DNA of 64,000 nt from Calditrichia bacterium (GCA_963796965.1 CAWCNS010000004.1:480001-544000), one strand, 5' to 3'. Shown: positions 1 through 13,219, counted from the stretch's first letter. Made by a program: numbers and translations. The notes: generated from the letters alone by a model not told the origin.

Positions 1-267
1 TATTATGGGACGAAATTTGATAATGATAAGATGGTACAGGCTTATAATAAATTAGATAAGCTAGGATATGACCAGATTCCAACGGCCAGCAACCATTCTA
101 AGGATGAAAATTTTATACTGACTGTTGACTATTGTACCAAAAATATTCAGGAAGAACACTTGTTTGGATTTTTACAGACACCCTGGCGGCCTACTATTGA
201 AGAATACCGTCAACACCATCTTGATGCGATCGACCTCGTTGGGGTGGCGGTTGCCGCGATGAAATAA
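1..267 (+). CDS. 3' end of a gene truncated by the window edge; possibly a GH20-like TIM-barrel glycosidase-type protein
   Basis: The frame is open from position 1 (YYGTKFDNDK...) to the stop at 267. The LGYDQIPTASN and GFLQTPW segments resemble C-termini of hexosaminidase-like hypothetical proteins. The product call is weak. Confidence 0.5.
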   Translation, partial: YYGTKFDNDKMVQAYNKLDKLGYDQIPTASNHSKDENFILTVDYCTKNIQEEHLFGFLQTPWRPTIEEYRQHHLDAIDLVGVAVAAMK

Positions 268-289
268 TTTTTGAAAATTTACCTTAGTC

Positions 290-444
290 GTCATGCTGAA
301 CTTGTTTCAGCATCTCAATTTCATATATAATGTTATATATAGACCCTGTCCGAAGGACTAATTTAGGAGAAATAAACCTATCCTGAACTTGTAACAGCAC
401 TCAAATTTAGGAGCGATAAAGACCTGAAAAGATTTCAGGGTGAC
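290..444. repeat. REP-like palindromic element, family A (GTCATGCTGAACTTGTTTCAGCATCT ... CCTGAAAAGATTTCAGGGTGAC), composite copy
   Basis: GTCA/TGAC ends and internal hairpins; related copies at 6550, 9723, 16069 and 25989. Confidence 0.8.
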
Positions 445-500
445 TATCGATCTATCACATTAGAAATAAATAGTAAATACTAACATTAAAAGGATCATAA

Positions 501-3458
501 GTGAAAACCATTCTCAACACTGTTATCTCATTTTCATTCATTCATTATTTTATTTATTGTTATTACATGCATGTCTGTTTTTGCTGATGGTAAACTTTTA
601 CGTGGAGAAGAAGAAGTAAAATATTCCTTAAATGGCAAAACCGCAGACTTTTATGTTTCACCGCTCGGAAATGATAAATGGAGTGGGAAATTAGATGAAC
701 CAAATTCTAAAAATCAGATGGACCATTTGCCACGATAGACCGGGCAAGATTGGCCGTACAGGAATTAAAAAATCAGATTTATAAGTTAAAAAGCAAAGCG
801 ATAGATCCCCGATTTCGTCCCTCACCCCATAAATATGGCAGTGGGCGAGATATTCTTGTTCTGATACGAGAAGGGAAATATTCCTTGAGAGCGATTAATC
901 TTTACATCTAAAGATGGGGGTGAACGGGTTGAGACTGATTTGCCAACAGGTGCTTTTGAGTTGCATAAATTAAAGGACTACTATGTAACGTATGGCGCAT
1001 ATCCCGGGGAAAAACCTGTCATTACAGGGGGACGTAAAATTAAGGTTGGCAAAAAGGAAAGACGGCAAATGGATGGCTCATCTAGCAGCAATCTGAAGTG
1101 GCGGAGGTCTTTGCCAATGGCAAACGTCAAACATTGGCCCGTAACCAAATAAAGGTTTCTACGGCGCAAAAGAACAGCCCACAGACACAAAATCCCTCAT
1201 TATAAGACAGGAGATATACAAAATGGCCCGAAATGGAATCAAACCAGATCATCATCGTCTCCCGTTGGAGTGCAGACCGGACAAGCATTACAAAGGTAGA
1301 TGAGAAAAATAATATGGTATATTTGGCGTCACCGGCGGAGGATATGGTCAATGTTCCTCCGAAATACTATATCGAGAATATTGAAGCGCTCCTTGATACC
1401 GCGGCTGAATGGTACTATGATAAAGAAATGAAAATTCTAAGTTATATCCCTCCCGATGACATTGAAGATCCAAACAAAGCAGAGATAGTATTTCCCCCAG
1501 ATCTCCGGTTTGTTCATTTAAGGGTAGCAGACAAAAACCAGTCCGAAATCTGAGATTCTATAACCTTTCTTTTTCTGTCACATCGCCAGGAGGTGGTGCA
1601 ACGATATCCCTTGAATACACAAAAAATTGTGAGATACTAGGTAATAAGATTCATAATATCAGTCAAACAGCGATTAGTCTCGGAAAAGGATGTTATCATA
1701 ATAAAATCATTTGAAAATAAAATCCATGATGTAAAAGGATCAGGAATCAGAATTCAGGGAGATGCAAGACCTAAGATTGGAACGATGTTGTCAGTGATAA
1801 CATTGTTTCCTACAATGAAGTTATTCATTGCCGACCGGCAGCAGGGGGAATTGGATAGTCTAATGCACTTAGAACAACAATTTCTCATAATTATGTCAAC
1901 GATACGGGCAGTTATGGGATTACTGCGGGTGCATGGTCCAATATTGAAGAAGCCATCGATGGTAATAATCTGGTTGAATATAATCATGTTTCCTTTACGA
2001 ATATGATTCGCGATGATGAAGGGGGAATAGCGGTATATGGATTAAGTCCCGGATCTATAGTACGAAATAATCTTATCCATGATGTCAGACCGGCAGGTAC
2101 AAACGAGAATGTCGGGTTGTTTTTCCAAAATATGGCATCAGGGTGGACCGTCACAGATAATATTTACTATAACCTGAAACAAGGGGAAATGAAATTATGT
2201 GCCTGTTATTTGATTGATAATGTCTATGAAAATAATCATGTCATTGAGACCCCTGTCCTGGAACCAGAAAGAATTATTGCGGGTAGTACAGATTTTGTCT
2301 GTAATAACCTACAAATTCAATCAGATAAAGGATTGATAACCGGGAATGAATTATCGATTTCCGCCCAGGTAAAAAATAATGGTTCAACGGGAACAAGTGA
2401 TGTGCAATTATATATAGATGGTAAAGTTGTCGCCACACAAAAATTTCGCTGTGATATCAAAAAATCAGCGCACTATTGATTTTACATATCAATTTGCAAC
2501 ACCAGGCGAACATACACTTGCAATTGGCAATACACCAAACAAAAGTGTTACTATCCATGGGAAAACTCTTAAGGTCCTTTATAGTGATTTGATGTCATCA
2601 TTATCTTCCGTGCCGGAGGGAGAAACTATAATAGTCAGCGCAAAGATGCATCATGTCGGAGAAAAGAGATTTGAGCAAAAGTCGATTTATTTGTAGACGG
2701 AAAAGTTCATTCCTCAAAGAATATCATACAATTATCCATCTGAAGAAAGAAAGGTGGAATTTGCACTCGATTTACCGGCCGGCAAGCATGAAGTTTCCAT
2801 TGGAGGTCTATCTACAATTGACTTACTTGTATATCAAACTGAAGATGTCATAGTGTCTTCAGCAGATTTTTTAACTTATTGTTCATCGACAGCAAAACCC
2901 TGTTATTATAACTTTGATGTGGATGAAAATCGATTTCGAGATCAAGCAAGTGGTACAGACTTCCTTCATGCCGAAGATTCTTATGGCTCGATTTATTTCG
3001 ATGATATCATAAAGGGAAATTTTATGGCCACGTTCCAAGTCGCGGGATTCGACGATCGGGTGAGTGAATGGTATCGTGCTGGAATTTTTGTTAGAAACGA
3101 TTTGACCCAAAGTAATGATACGGAAAGAGGAAGTCTTGGATCTTTTTTAATGTTTTCTACTCCTAAAAGACAAGGGGCCCAATGGGATCAATTTGGAGAC
3201 GGGTCTATGCATAATACCAAGAGCAGAAATTATAAACGAGATAAACCATTTCCGGTTTGGTTGAAACTAATTCGCCATGGCGATCGGTTTACGGGATATT
3301 ATAGTTTTGATGGTGATAAATGGATAATTTCTAGGGAATCGGGTCCTATACCCGGTTTGGCTGGAGTGATGGACATTGGCCTGGCCGCAGGAACCAACGA
3401 TCAACGACTGTCAAAGGTAATCTTCCAAAACTTTAAATTAAAAGTAGAGAAAAAGTGA
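501..3458 (+). CDS. Large secreted right-handed beta-helix protein (GH141-like) with Ig/CARDB-like domains and a C-terminal ConA/DUF1349-like domain; many frameshifts
   Basis: GTG at 501 follows an AAGGA site. Joining frames gives FYVSPLGNDKWSG...DGPFATIDRAR, AYPGEKPVITGG, YYIENIEALLDTAAEWYYD, beta-helix repeats (DDEGGIAVYG, IVRNNLIHDV) and C-terminal RAGIFVR/PVWLKLIRHGDRFTGYYSFDG. ORF fragments 940-1152, 1233-1553, 2003-2479, 2418-2696 and 2754-3458 are parts of one gene. Confidence 0.7.
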
Positions 3459-3521
3459 TTGTGGAAGTACAATCCAGGGGATATAATAATTTTCATTAAA
3501 TCCCACTAATTAAATAAAAGG

Positions 3522-4623
3522 GTGATGATGAAAGATTTACTTTCCAAAATCAAATTTAGAGTTTATACTCTATCTCTTGTTTTTATTATACTATTAATTT
3601 TGTCTCCGATGAAGGTAACTCACGCCGGAAATTCTTCGGACGTCAGGCTGGTTTCTGTCGATCGTGTTTATCACAATGGTGAACATAACGCCTTTACAGA
3701 TTTATGTCAATTCGGTGGCACCTATTTTCTGGCATTCCGCAGTCTGTCCCGACGGACACATGGTTCACCCCACTTCGTCGATTATTATCCTCGCTAGTGA
3801 AGACGGTAAAGTATGGAAGCAAGTCTTTCGTTTCAATGTGCCGCAGAGGGATACCCGCGATCCCCATTTTTTGATATTTCAGGAAAAATTATTTGTCTAC
3901 ACCGGTACCTGGTATTGTGGAGATCAAGGTAGCCCCGAAAAATATGATATAAACCAACATCTTGGATATGCGGTATGGACTGAAGATGGACGGGAGTGGC
4001 GGGGTCCGCAACTACTGGAAGGGACCTATGGTCATTATATCTGGCGGGCAGCTGCCTATAATGGAAAAGCCTATATCTGTGCCAGAAGAAAACGGGATTT
4101 TGTCGAACTACCTTCACAGTCAGGTGCAGATAAAATTATGGAATCGGCTATGCTGGAAAGCGATGATGGATTAATCTGGAAGAAGACGGCCTTATTTCAG
4201 GAACAGGATGGCGATGAAACGGCTTTTCTTTTTGAAGATGATGGTAAAGTACTGGGTGTGGCCCGTCGTGGAGTAGATAATGCTGAATTAGTACAGGCCA
4301 GTCCGCCTTACAAAGAATGGAAACGATCTGATCTGGGATACTATATAGGAGGACCGCTCTTAGTCAAATGGAAGGGTAACTACCTTGTGGGTGGTCGAAA
4401 AAGAGAGCAAGATACAGATCGCACGACACTGTATTGGTTGATGGACGGTGTGCTTAAACAAATCATTCAACTTCCAAGTGATGGTGATAACTCATACCCG
4501 GGTTTTGTAGAATTAAATGAAAATACAGCATTGATATCTTATTATTCGTCCCATGAGACGGATAGTAAGGGCAATAAAATTACTGCCATTTATCTGGCTG
4601 AATTAATACTAGAGAATAAATGA
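3522..4623 (+). CDS. Secreted BNR/sialidase-like beta-propeller protein; one frameshift near 3742
   Basis: Signal peptide plus HNAFTDL...FR in ORF 3522 continues into ORF 3664, which has Asp-box-like SEDGKVW, TEDGREW and SDDGLIW, plus DTRDP and GDNSYPG. Confidence 0.7.
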
Positions 4624-4650
4624 GCAAAGTAATAAAGGATTCTTCTCTTT

Positions 4651-6498
4651 ATGGTCTCGATTGATTATACAATAATAGCGATTTATTTCATGATCGTGAT
4701 TGGTTTAGGATTTTGGTATCAGAAACGTGCATCCAAAAACCTGAACAGCTATTTTATGGCTGGAAAAATATCCATTGGCTGGCCCTCTCCATGTCCGGAT
4801 CAGTCTCTACTTTTGATATAACGGGTACCATGTGGATTGTTTCTATCCTGTTTGTGCTCGGTATGAAATCCATGTGGCATCATTGGATGTGGGGTGTGTA
4901 TATGGCCGCATTTTTTATGGCCTATATGGGTAAATGGGTACGCCGTTCAAATGTGATGACGGCTGCCGAATGGATGAAAACCCGGTTTGGTGATGATAAC
5001 GGGCGGAAAGTTAGCCCGTTCAACCTATGCCTTGATGGCGGTAATTACATTAGCCAGTTTTATTGGATATGCATTTCAGGGAATCGGCAAATTCGCTTCT
5101 GTTTACATCTCTCTCGAACCCCTCGCCGCAATGATTTCTTCTCCAGTACTCAGTAATTTATCCTTAATAATCAGGCTAATATCCTGGCGATACTGGTCAT
5201 TACGATTACCACCATATATGTGATTATGGGTGGCCTGTATAGCGTGGTGGTGACGGATGTATTTCAAACAGTGATTCTAACCGTTGGCAGTATTTTTATT
5301 GCCTATATTGCCTGGTCAAAACTAACCCCGGAATTATTAGCTACCTTGCCACCCGATTGGACATCCCTTTCTATTCCCTGGCATATCGAATCATTTTCAG
5401 GGACTGCCAATGCGGAATTTGAGTTTTTTGGGGCGTTAGTGATTGTATGGGTACTTAAGGGGTTATTATTAAATGCCGGAGGCCCGGCTCAACTTTTCGA
5501 TTTTCAAAGATTTCTGGCTGCCCGAAACCCCCGCGATGCGGCAAAAGTCGGTGCGGGCTGGAGTTTTTTTCTGATAGTGCGTTGGGCCATGACCCTTGGC
5601 ATCGCCTTGCTTGCCATGACGGGAATTACGGGTGTAACAGATTCCGAGAAGGTAATGCCGATTGTACTTCTTAGAATATTTACCGGCCGGGATTCGTGGT
5701 CTGGTCATCGCCGGATTGTTAGCGGCTTTTATGTCCACTTTTAGTTCGATCGTAAATAGTGGTGCATCCTTTATAGTTTGTGATTTCTGGCAGCCCTATT
5801 TCAAACCGGAGGCAACTGATAAGGAAACAGTTCGAATGAGTTATTTTGCTTCCTTATTTGTGGTGATTATAGGGCTTGCGATAGGAGTAAATGCTAAATC
5901 GATTGCCCAAATATGGAGTTGGATTATGATGGCTCTGGGTGCCGGGATTGTTGTACCAAATGTGCTGCGCTGGTACTGGTGGCGTTTGAATGGATGGGGT
6001 TATTCTATGGGGACACTAGGTGGTATGGTTTGTCCCTGTTTGCCTTTGTTTTTCCCCGAACAACCCATGTATGTCGTTTTTCCGCTTATCTGTATTTCAT
6101 CACTTATGCTGAGTGTAGTTGTTTCTTTTAAGACAACAAGAGTTGATGAAAATGTACTTAATAAATTTTTACACAACTATACGCCCTTTCGGTCTTTGGA
6201 AAAATATTCGCAAAATATCTGGTTTGATCAGATCAACAATTATCAAGTCAAATCAGAAAAAGGATGGATCGCCATTCTAAATGTTATTTTTGGTATGTGT
6301 GCCATCAGCGGGATGTATCTGGCACCGATGTTTTTGGTTGGGCATTGGTATGGAAAAGCGGTATTGTGGTTTATTGTGATCATAATTTCTGTAACAATAT
6401 TGAAGTTTACGTGGTATGATAATCTGCCAGATAGAGGGATTGATAAAAATATTTATCCACGAATTACACGAATTTTCACTAATTTATTTGATCTTTGA
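4651..6498 (+). CDS. Sodium:solute symporter (SSS family); frameshifted
   Basis: ATG at 4651 gives MVSIDYTIIAIYF...YFMAG. Later fragments carry GGLYSVVVTDVFQ, QRFLAARN and GLVIAGLLAAFMST, with many TM segments. The true 3' end is uncertain. Confidence 0.85.
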
Positions 6499-6549
6499 AA
6501 GTTCTCACTCAGACTATGCTAAGACCTAGATTTTAATTGAAGATGAAGC

Positions 6550-6618
6550 GTCATGCATGAAATTGTTTCAGCATCTCTTAATACCCTAAATGAGATTCCG
6601 AAATAAATTCGGAATGAC
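6550..6618. repeat. REP-like element, family A
   Basis: GTCATGCATGAAATTGTTTCAGCATCT ... GAGATTCCGAAATAAATTCGGAATGAC. Confidence 0.8.
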
Positions 6619-6660
6619 CTTCTGGCATTTTCATCTAAAGGTTCAACAGGAAGTGAAAAT

Positions 6661-9600
6661 ATGAAAAATATTAATCTATGTCATTTTTATAATCATACTA
6701 TCGTTACCTATTAACACTTTTGCCGGGGAAAAAGAACCAGTGGATTATGTGGACATGTTTCTGGGTACATCAAGTTCCCGTTGGATGCTTTACCCCGGGC
6801 CGAGTATGCCCTTCGGCATGGTTAAACTAAGTCCTGACAATACCGATGAATGGACGATGAATGCCGGCTATGAATATGAAATAGAAAGTGTCTCCGGTTT
6901 CGGACATGTACATTCCTGGATGATGGGTAGTTTTCTCACGATGCCAACTGTCGGTCCGATAAAAATCCTTCCCGGGTTCAAAACGGATCCCGATGCCGGT
7001 TATCGTTCGCGTATCAGCCATGATAATGAAAAGGCTTCGCCGGGATATTATTCTGTTTATCTGGATGACTATAATATCAGGGCTGAACTGACTGCAACCT
7101 CTCGCAGCGGATTTCAACGCTATACTTTTCCTGAAAGTGAAAATTCCCATATTGTTTTTGATCTTCAGATTCCGGAGGAAGGTCGCCCCCTGATCCTGGA
7201 TGCTGTCGATTGAAAAGGTAAATCAAAGTGAAATTGCCGGGTATGTTAAACGCTCGGCAGGCTGGAATGAATATACGCCTGCATTTTGTCGCGCGTTTTA
7301 GCAAACCCTTTGAATCCTTATCCGGTTGGAAAGGCAATGAAATTCTTAATGATATAACAAAAGTATCTGTTCAGGATAATCGTGATATTGGGGCTATCGT
7401 TAATTTTTCGACAGAGGAGGGTGAAATGATCCTCCTTAAGACCGCTATTTCCTATGTGAGTATTGAGCAGGCCCGTTTAAATCTGGAAAAGGAAACCTCA
7501 GAATTTGGCTGGGATTTTGACATGGCCCACCAGCATGTCCGAAAGGTCTGGAACGATCTGTTGAAATTAATTGAAATTGAAGGTGGGACGGAAACGGATA
7601 AAATTAAATTTTATACGAATTTTTATCGTTCTTACAATGCCCGTACCATGTTTAGTGATGTGAATGGAAAATACGTGGATATGTGTGAAAAAGTCCGGCA
7701 ACTTGATGATCCCGAATCACCGGTTTATGGCTGTGATGCTTTCTGGAATACCTTTTGGAATCTTAACCAGTTGTGGACCATGCTGACACCGGAGGTGGCT
7801 AACAAATGGGTGAAATCACTCCTGGAAATCTATGACCGTGGGGGATGGTTCTCAAAAGGTCCTGCCGGTATTGAGTATTCAAGCATTATGGTTGCCTCTC
7901 ATGAAATCCCCCTAATAGTTTCTGCATATCAAAAGGGAATCAGAAATTATGATGTAGAAAAGGCCTACGAATCAATAAAAAAAATACAAATGGAACCCGG
8001 CAAACCCCATGAGTGTGGCGGATTTGTTGGAAACCGCAATCTCAAGTCTTATAAAGCTATGGGATATGTTCCAGCTGATGAAGGCTCGGTTTCAAACACG
8101 CTTGAATATGCTTATGATGACTGGTGTGTGGCCCAAATGGCAAAAGCGTTGGGAAAAATGGAGGATTATCACTATTTCATGCAAAGATCCCAATATTATA
8201 AAAACATCTATGATAAAGTATCCGGCTATATGAGACCCAAATATGAGGGGGGCCCATGGGTGGAAGAATTTGAACCGGTCATTGGGGCGGTCGGGAAGGA
8301 GGATGCTTTCGGGACGAAGCATTATGTTGAAGGCAATGCCTGGCAGTTTACCTGGTTTGTCCCTCACGATGTTCCCGGCTCTGATCAGCCTTTTGGGTGA
8401 AGATGAGTTTAACGAGCGTTTAAATAAAGGATTTGAGTCAGCGCGACCTGATTTTGTGAGTGAATATGTCAATCACAGTAATCAACCCAATATGCAGGCC
8501 GCTTATCTTTTTAATTATTCGGGGCAACCCTGGCAGACGCAGAAATGGGTAAAAGAGATATTGAATAACTACTATGGTTTGGGTCCTGTTGACGGGTATC
8601 CGGGAGATGAAGATCAGGGGCAGATGGGTGCCTGGTTTGTAATGTCTGCATTAGGATTATTTCAAATGGATGGGGGCGCATCTGTTGACCCCATCTATGA
8701 AATCGGGAGTCCGGTTTTTGAAAAAGCAACAATCCAGTTAGATAATAAATATTTTAAAGGTGATAAGTTTATTGTGGAAGCAAAGAATTTGTCTAAAGAA
8801 AATATTTATATACAATCGGCAACCTTAAATAGTAAACCGCTGAATACCTTTTGGTTCCGCCATTCCGATCTGGCTGCCGGAGGAAAACTGGTTTTGGAAA
8901 TGGGACCCAAACCAAATAAAACCTGGGCTACAAATGCAAACCTCCCGGAAAATAATGATTATACAAATATTGTAACCACACCCTATGTGACGAATTCGAC
9001 AAAATCCTTTCTTGAGCAGATAAATGTGTCATTGGCCTGTAATACAAAGGATTCAAAAATATACTATACACTCAATGGAGATGATCCAACTCCTTCATCC
9101 ACGTTATATGAAAAACCTTTTACAATTACAAAAACCACCACAATAAAAATGCGTGCCTATGATAAATCAACAACCAGTTTGATTTCATCTGCTCTGGTTA
9201 GCAAAGCAGAGAAACAAAAGCCAATAAATCCCGATTTTCTTAACCCGGGTATTCAATATAATTACTATACAGGATTTTACAGGGATGTTCATGATTTTGA
9301 TGATGCGAAGCCAGAAAAGTCCGGTGTGCTAAAAAATTTATCTATTGATTCAAGGGACAGGGAACAATATTTTTCTTATAAATTTAATGGGTATATCAAT
9401 ATTCCAAAAGATGGTCAATACACTTTTTATCTCATCTCAAACGATGGTTCACGGATGTATTGGGGTGATAGAATGCTTATTAATAATGACGGATTGCATC
9501 CGGCAGCGGAAATGTTTCGATCTCTCGTATTAACAAAAGGGATGTATCCATTTATGATAAAGTATTTCCAGGAGGGTGGTACCCATCATTTTGAGGTTAA

Positions 9601-9667
9601 ATGGAAAGGCCCAGGATTTGATCGTCAGCCTGTTCCTGCATCAGCTTTGTTTTATAAGAAAGATTAG
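6661..9667 (+). CDS. GH92 alpha-mannosidase with C-terminal Fn3-associated (CHB_HEX_C-like) and PA14 domains; frameshifts near 6665, 7210 and 8380
   Basis: Motifs PFGMVKLSPD, ASPGYYSV, SVSNTLEYAYDDW, YVEGNAWQFTWFVPHD, HSNQP, GDEDQGQMGAWFVMSALG; then IYYTLNGDDP and YTFYLISNDGS...NDGLH (PA14). Confidence 0.9.
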
Positions 9668-9674
9668 TTGATTT

Positions 9675-9904
9675 TTTGACAGGATTTACAGGATTATTAG
9701 GTCAAAGTAAACTTTGCGATCTGTCAACCTGAACTTGTTTCAGGTTCTTGATAGTAAGATTCCGAAATAAATTCGGAATGACATAATCAGCAAACACTAA
9801 ATTAAAACAGGAAATATTTTTTTAAAATCATTAGCTGTGGCTTTTCTAGGAAGGCCACAACATTTTATAAATTTTAATCCTGTTAATCCTGTTATCTTGT
9901 CAAA
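9675..9904. repeat. Inverted-repeat element of tandem CAGGATT units (family E) enclosing a family A element (9723-9782) and a hairpin (9836-9859)
   Basis: Left arm TTTGACAGGATTTACAGGATTA; right arm TAATCCTGTTAATCCTGTTATCTTGTCAAA; internal GTCAACCTGAACTTGTTTCAGGTT...AGATTCCGAAATAAATTCGGAATGAC. Confidence 0.8.
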
Positions 9905-9949
9905 TGTGAAGAAATCAGGTCAAATGCTATATCCAAACTCCAACCAGGG

Positions 9950-11575
9950 ATGCACATGAAACGCAGAAGATTTATCCAGCAATCGGCGGCTATGACAGGC
10001 GCTCTTTCAACTTTGCCACTGGGAGATGTCATGGGCAAAGAGGAGGAAAATATACAAATAAAAAAATCCTCTTTAGAAAAACCTCCAAATATCTTGTTTA
10101 TCATGACCGATCAACAGCGTTATGATTGTATAGCTACAAATGGAAATCCATTAATCAAAACACCGAATCTGGATCGTCTGGCCAATCAGTCAGCCAATTT
10201 TTCACATGCTTATGTTCAGTCCCCGGTCTGCACCCCCTCAAGGGCCTGCTTTTTTACGGGCCGCTATGCCCATGCCCATAAAAATCGCGTTAATTATACC
10301 GAATTAGATGAAAGTGAGATCCTTTTCCCAAAATATCTACAGGAAGCTGGTTATAAAACGGGGATTGTGGGAAAGAGTCACGTTTATTACAAATATCCGC
10401 CAACAAGAGAAGAAGCAGCACGAACCGGATTTTCCATCGTCGACTTGCATGATGGTGTTCTACGATGCGATCCATATTCCTCCTATGCAGACTGGCGCAA
10501 AGAAAATGATCCAAAGAAACATATCTATTATCGTGATTTGGCTAAAAATGTACCTGAATTGGATTATCACCCCACCGAAAAAGAGAATCCATTCAGATCA
10601 GCCATTGATAAGGATTATACGGACACCGCCTGGACAGGTGTTCGGACATGCCATCATTTACGTGAACTCTCAAAATCAGATCAGCCGTTTTTTCTCTTTT
10701 CCTCATTTTGGAAGCCGCATTCGCCCTATGAAGTACCTGTCCCTTACGATCAGATGTATTCAGATGTGGATATTCCCCTACCTGAACAAGTTACCAGGGA
10801 TTATATTGACCAACTGCCTCCGCATTTAAAAACCTTAATTTTGCGGGATGAACTTCGCAATAAAAAGCCACCGTATGATATGGATAGGGAGCACTTGCAA
10901 TGGATTTATAGAAGTTATTATGCTACCGTTAGCCATATTGACTACGAGGTCGGTCAGATACTGGCTACTGTGGAGGAAAGTGGATTAGCCGATAATACGA
11001 TTGTTATCTTCACCTCTGACCATGGTGATCAACTTCTTCAGCATGGCCTTTTTGGGAAAAATGTATTTTATGATGAATCAATCAGAGTGCCCTTTATGAT
11101 GAGATTTCCTGGGCATATTAAAGCCGGAAGGTACGATGAGTTTTGTATGTCCATTGATCTTTTGCCGACATTATTCGAATTCGCCGGATTGGAAGAGCCC
11201 TATAATTGTCATGGCCAAAGTTTGGTTCCCCTGGTGACTAATAATAATGATTCCTATATTGCCCGTGACTGTGTTTTTAGTGAAAATGTCATTCCAGAGG
11301 TTTTCCTTAAAACTTTCCATTTTACAAAAGGGAAAGGTGTAATGGGGGTCAGGCATCCCGATTGTAAAATGGTGCGAACAAAAAAGTGGAAATATAATTA
11401 TTACCCAAAAGGATATGAGGAGCTTTTTGATCTGGAAAATGATCCGGAAGAAAGAATAAATCTTTATGCTGATCCTCAGCATAAAAAAGTTGTTGATGAA
11501 ATGAAAAGTCGTATATTGGATTGGTTGCTAACGGCAAGTGAAACAGATCAAATTGCCCCAAAATGGCTGATTTAA
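9950..11575 (+). CDS. Tat-exported S1 (formylglycine-dependent) sulfatase
   Basis: KRRRFIQ Tat motif; PNILFIMTDQ, CTPSR (CxPxR), TSDHG, ELFDLENDPEE. Confidence 0.93.
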   Translation: MHMKRRRFIQQSAAMTGALSTLPLGDVMGKEEENIQIKKSSLEKPPNILFIMTDQQRYDCIATNGNPLIKTPNLDRLANQSANFSHAYVQSPVCTPSRACFFTGRYAHAHKNRVNYTELDESEILFPKYLQEAGYKTGIVGKSHVYYKYPPTREEAARTGFSIVDLHDGVLRCDPYSSYADWRKENDPKKHIYYRDLAKNVPELDYHPTEKENPFRSAIDKDYTDTAWTGVRTCHHLRELSKSDQPFFLFSSFWKPHSPYEVPVPYDQMYSDVDIPLPEQVTRDYIDQLPPHLKTLILRDELRNKKPPYDMDREHLQWIYRSYYATVSHIDYEVGQILATVEESGLADNTIVIFTSDHGDQLLQHGLFGKNVFYDESIRVPFMMRFPGHIKAGRYDEFCMSIDLLPTLFEFAGLEEPYNCHGQSLVPLVTNNNDSYIARDCVFSENVIPEVFLKTFHFTKGKGVMGVRHPDCKMVRTKKWKYNYYPKGYEELFDLENDPEERINLYADPQHKKVVDEMKSRILDWLLTASETDQIAPKWLI

Positions 11576-11590
11576 AAAAAAATAAAAGAT

Positions 11591-11728
11591 TTACCACAAA
11601 GTTCACAAAGCCCCGATATCTATATCTACATCATGTAGATATTTCGGGATGAAATCCTCCAAGATTTCAAAGGTACTAAGATCACAAAGTTTTTAATAAG
11701 AAATTTTTCTTTGAGTACATAGTGCTTG
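11591..11728. repeat. Degenerate CACAAAG-unit repeat (family C variant) with a nested hairpin at about 11611-11650
   Basis: TTACCACAAAGTTCACAAAG, then CCCGA...ATATCTACATCATGTAGATAT...TCGGG, then CTAAGATCACAAAG. Confidence 0.5.
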
Positions 11729-11756
11729 AAAAAAATGCTACAATAATAACAAAAAT

Positions 11757-13169
11757 ATGGAGAGGAATATGTCTAAGAATTCAGAATCTAATGGTCAAAA
11801 AAATACCATTTCCAGACGATCGTTCGTCAAAGGGGCGACTGCCTCTGTGGCAGCCTTTACAATAGTTCCTAATCATGTCATGGGAGGGCGGGGTGGTCAA
11901 AGTCCAAGCGATAAATTAAATATTGCCTGTGTTGGAATAGGTGGTATGGGTAAGGGAAACTTAAAAAACTGTCAGGCAGAAAACATTGTAGCTCTATGTG
12001 ATATTGATGATGCCTATGCGGCGCCCGCTTACGAAACCTATCCCAAGGCAAAAAAATATCATGACTTTCGGGATATGCTGGAAAAACAAAAAGATATCGA
12101 TGCGGTTATCGTAGCCACACCAGATCATACCCATGCAGTGGTCGGTATGGCGGCAATGCAGCTAGGAAAACACGTCTATATTCAGAAACCTCTTTCTCAC
12201 TCGGTATATGAAGCACGGGTGCTTACAGAAGCAGCCCGGAAATATAATGTTGTAACCCAGATGGGAAATCAGGGGCATTCTGGTGACGGTGCAAGGATTT
12301 GTTGTGAATGGATCTGGGACGGGGCCATTGGAGATGTACATGAAGTTCATGCCTGGACTAATCGACCGGTTTGGCCGCAGGGTGTTGAAGTAGGTCGTCC
12401 AAAAGGAACCCCACCCGTACCTGATACACTTGATTGGGAGAGATGGCTTGGTCCCGCACCCTATCGTCCATATCATCCAGATTATCTTCCGGCAAGCTGG
12501 CGCGCCTGGTGGGATTTCGGCACCGGTTCATTGGGGGATCTTGGTTGTCATATTATGGATCCAATGGTTTGGGCTTTAAAACTGAAATATCCAATCAGTG
12601 TAGAGGGTAACATCTCCACGTATTGGGAGGGTTTCTGGAAATATACGGAGCCCAAAAATGAGACCTATCCCCGCTCAACGATTGTCCGCTATGAATTCCC
12701 TGAACGTGAGGATATGCCTCCGGTTACCGTTAACTGGTGGGATGGGGGTATGATGCCACCCAGGCCCGCTCAATTGGAAGCGGGAAGACGAATGGGGGAT
12801 GAAGATGGTGGATTATTATTTATTGGTGAGGATGGTATCCTGATGGCTGGTTGTTATGGGAAAAATCCACGCCTGATTCCAGAAACAGAAATGAAAGATT
12901 ATGACAGACCGGAACCCACTATTGATAGAATTCCTGAGGGAATAGCCGGACATGAAAAAGATTGGATCAGAGCTTGTAAGGGTGGAAAACCAGCCAGTTC
13001 TAATTTTGATTTCTCAGGACCTTTATCAGAGATGGTATTGATGGGAAACCTAGCCGTTCGTTATCCCTATGAAAAATTGAACTGGGATGGTGAAAACATG
13101 AAAGTCACCAACCATGAAAAGGCTAATGCGTATGTGCGCCGTCCTTATCGTGAGGGGTGGAGTTTATAG
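11757..13169 (+). CDS. Tat-exported Gfo/Idh/MocA family oxidoreductase
   Basis: SRRSFVK Tat motif; GIGGMG, ATPDHTH, HVYIQKP, QMGNQG, GDLGCH. Confidence 0.93.
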   Translation: MERNMSKNSESNGQKNTISRRSFVKGATASVAAFTIVPNHVMGGRGGQSPSDKLNIACVGIGGMGKGNLKNCQAENIVALCDIDDAYAAPAYETYPKAKKYHDFRDMLEKQKDIDAVIVATPDHTHAVVGMAAMQLGKHVYIQKPLSHSVYEARVLTEAARKYNVVTQMGNQGHSGDGARICCEWIWDGAIGDVHEVHAWTNRPVWPQGVEVGRPKGTPPVPDTLDWERWLGPAPYRPYHPDYLPASWRAWWDFGTGSLGDLGCHIMDPMVWALKLKYPISVEGNISTYWEGFWKYTEPKNETYPRSTIVRYEFPEREDMPPVTVNWWDGGMMPPRPAQLEAGRRMGDEDGGLLFIGEDGILMAGCYGKNPRLIPETEMKDYDRPEPTIDRIPEGIAGHEKDWIRACKGGKPASSNFDFSGPLSEMVLMGNLAVRYPYEKLNWDGENMKVTNHEKANAYVRRPYREGWSL

Positions 13170-13219
13170 ATGATAAGGAAAAAGGCAAAAGGAAAAAGTA
13201 CTAGGTGCGAGGGTGAATA

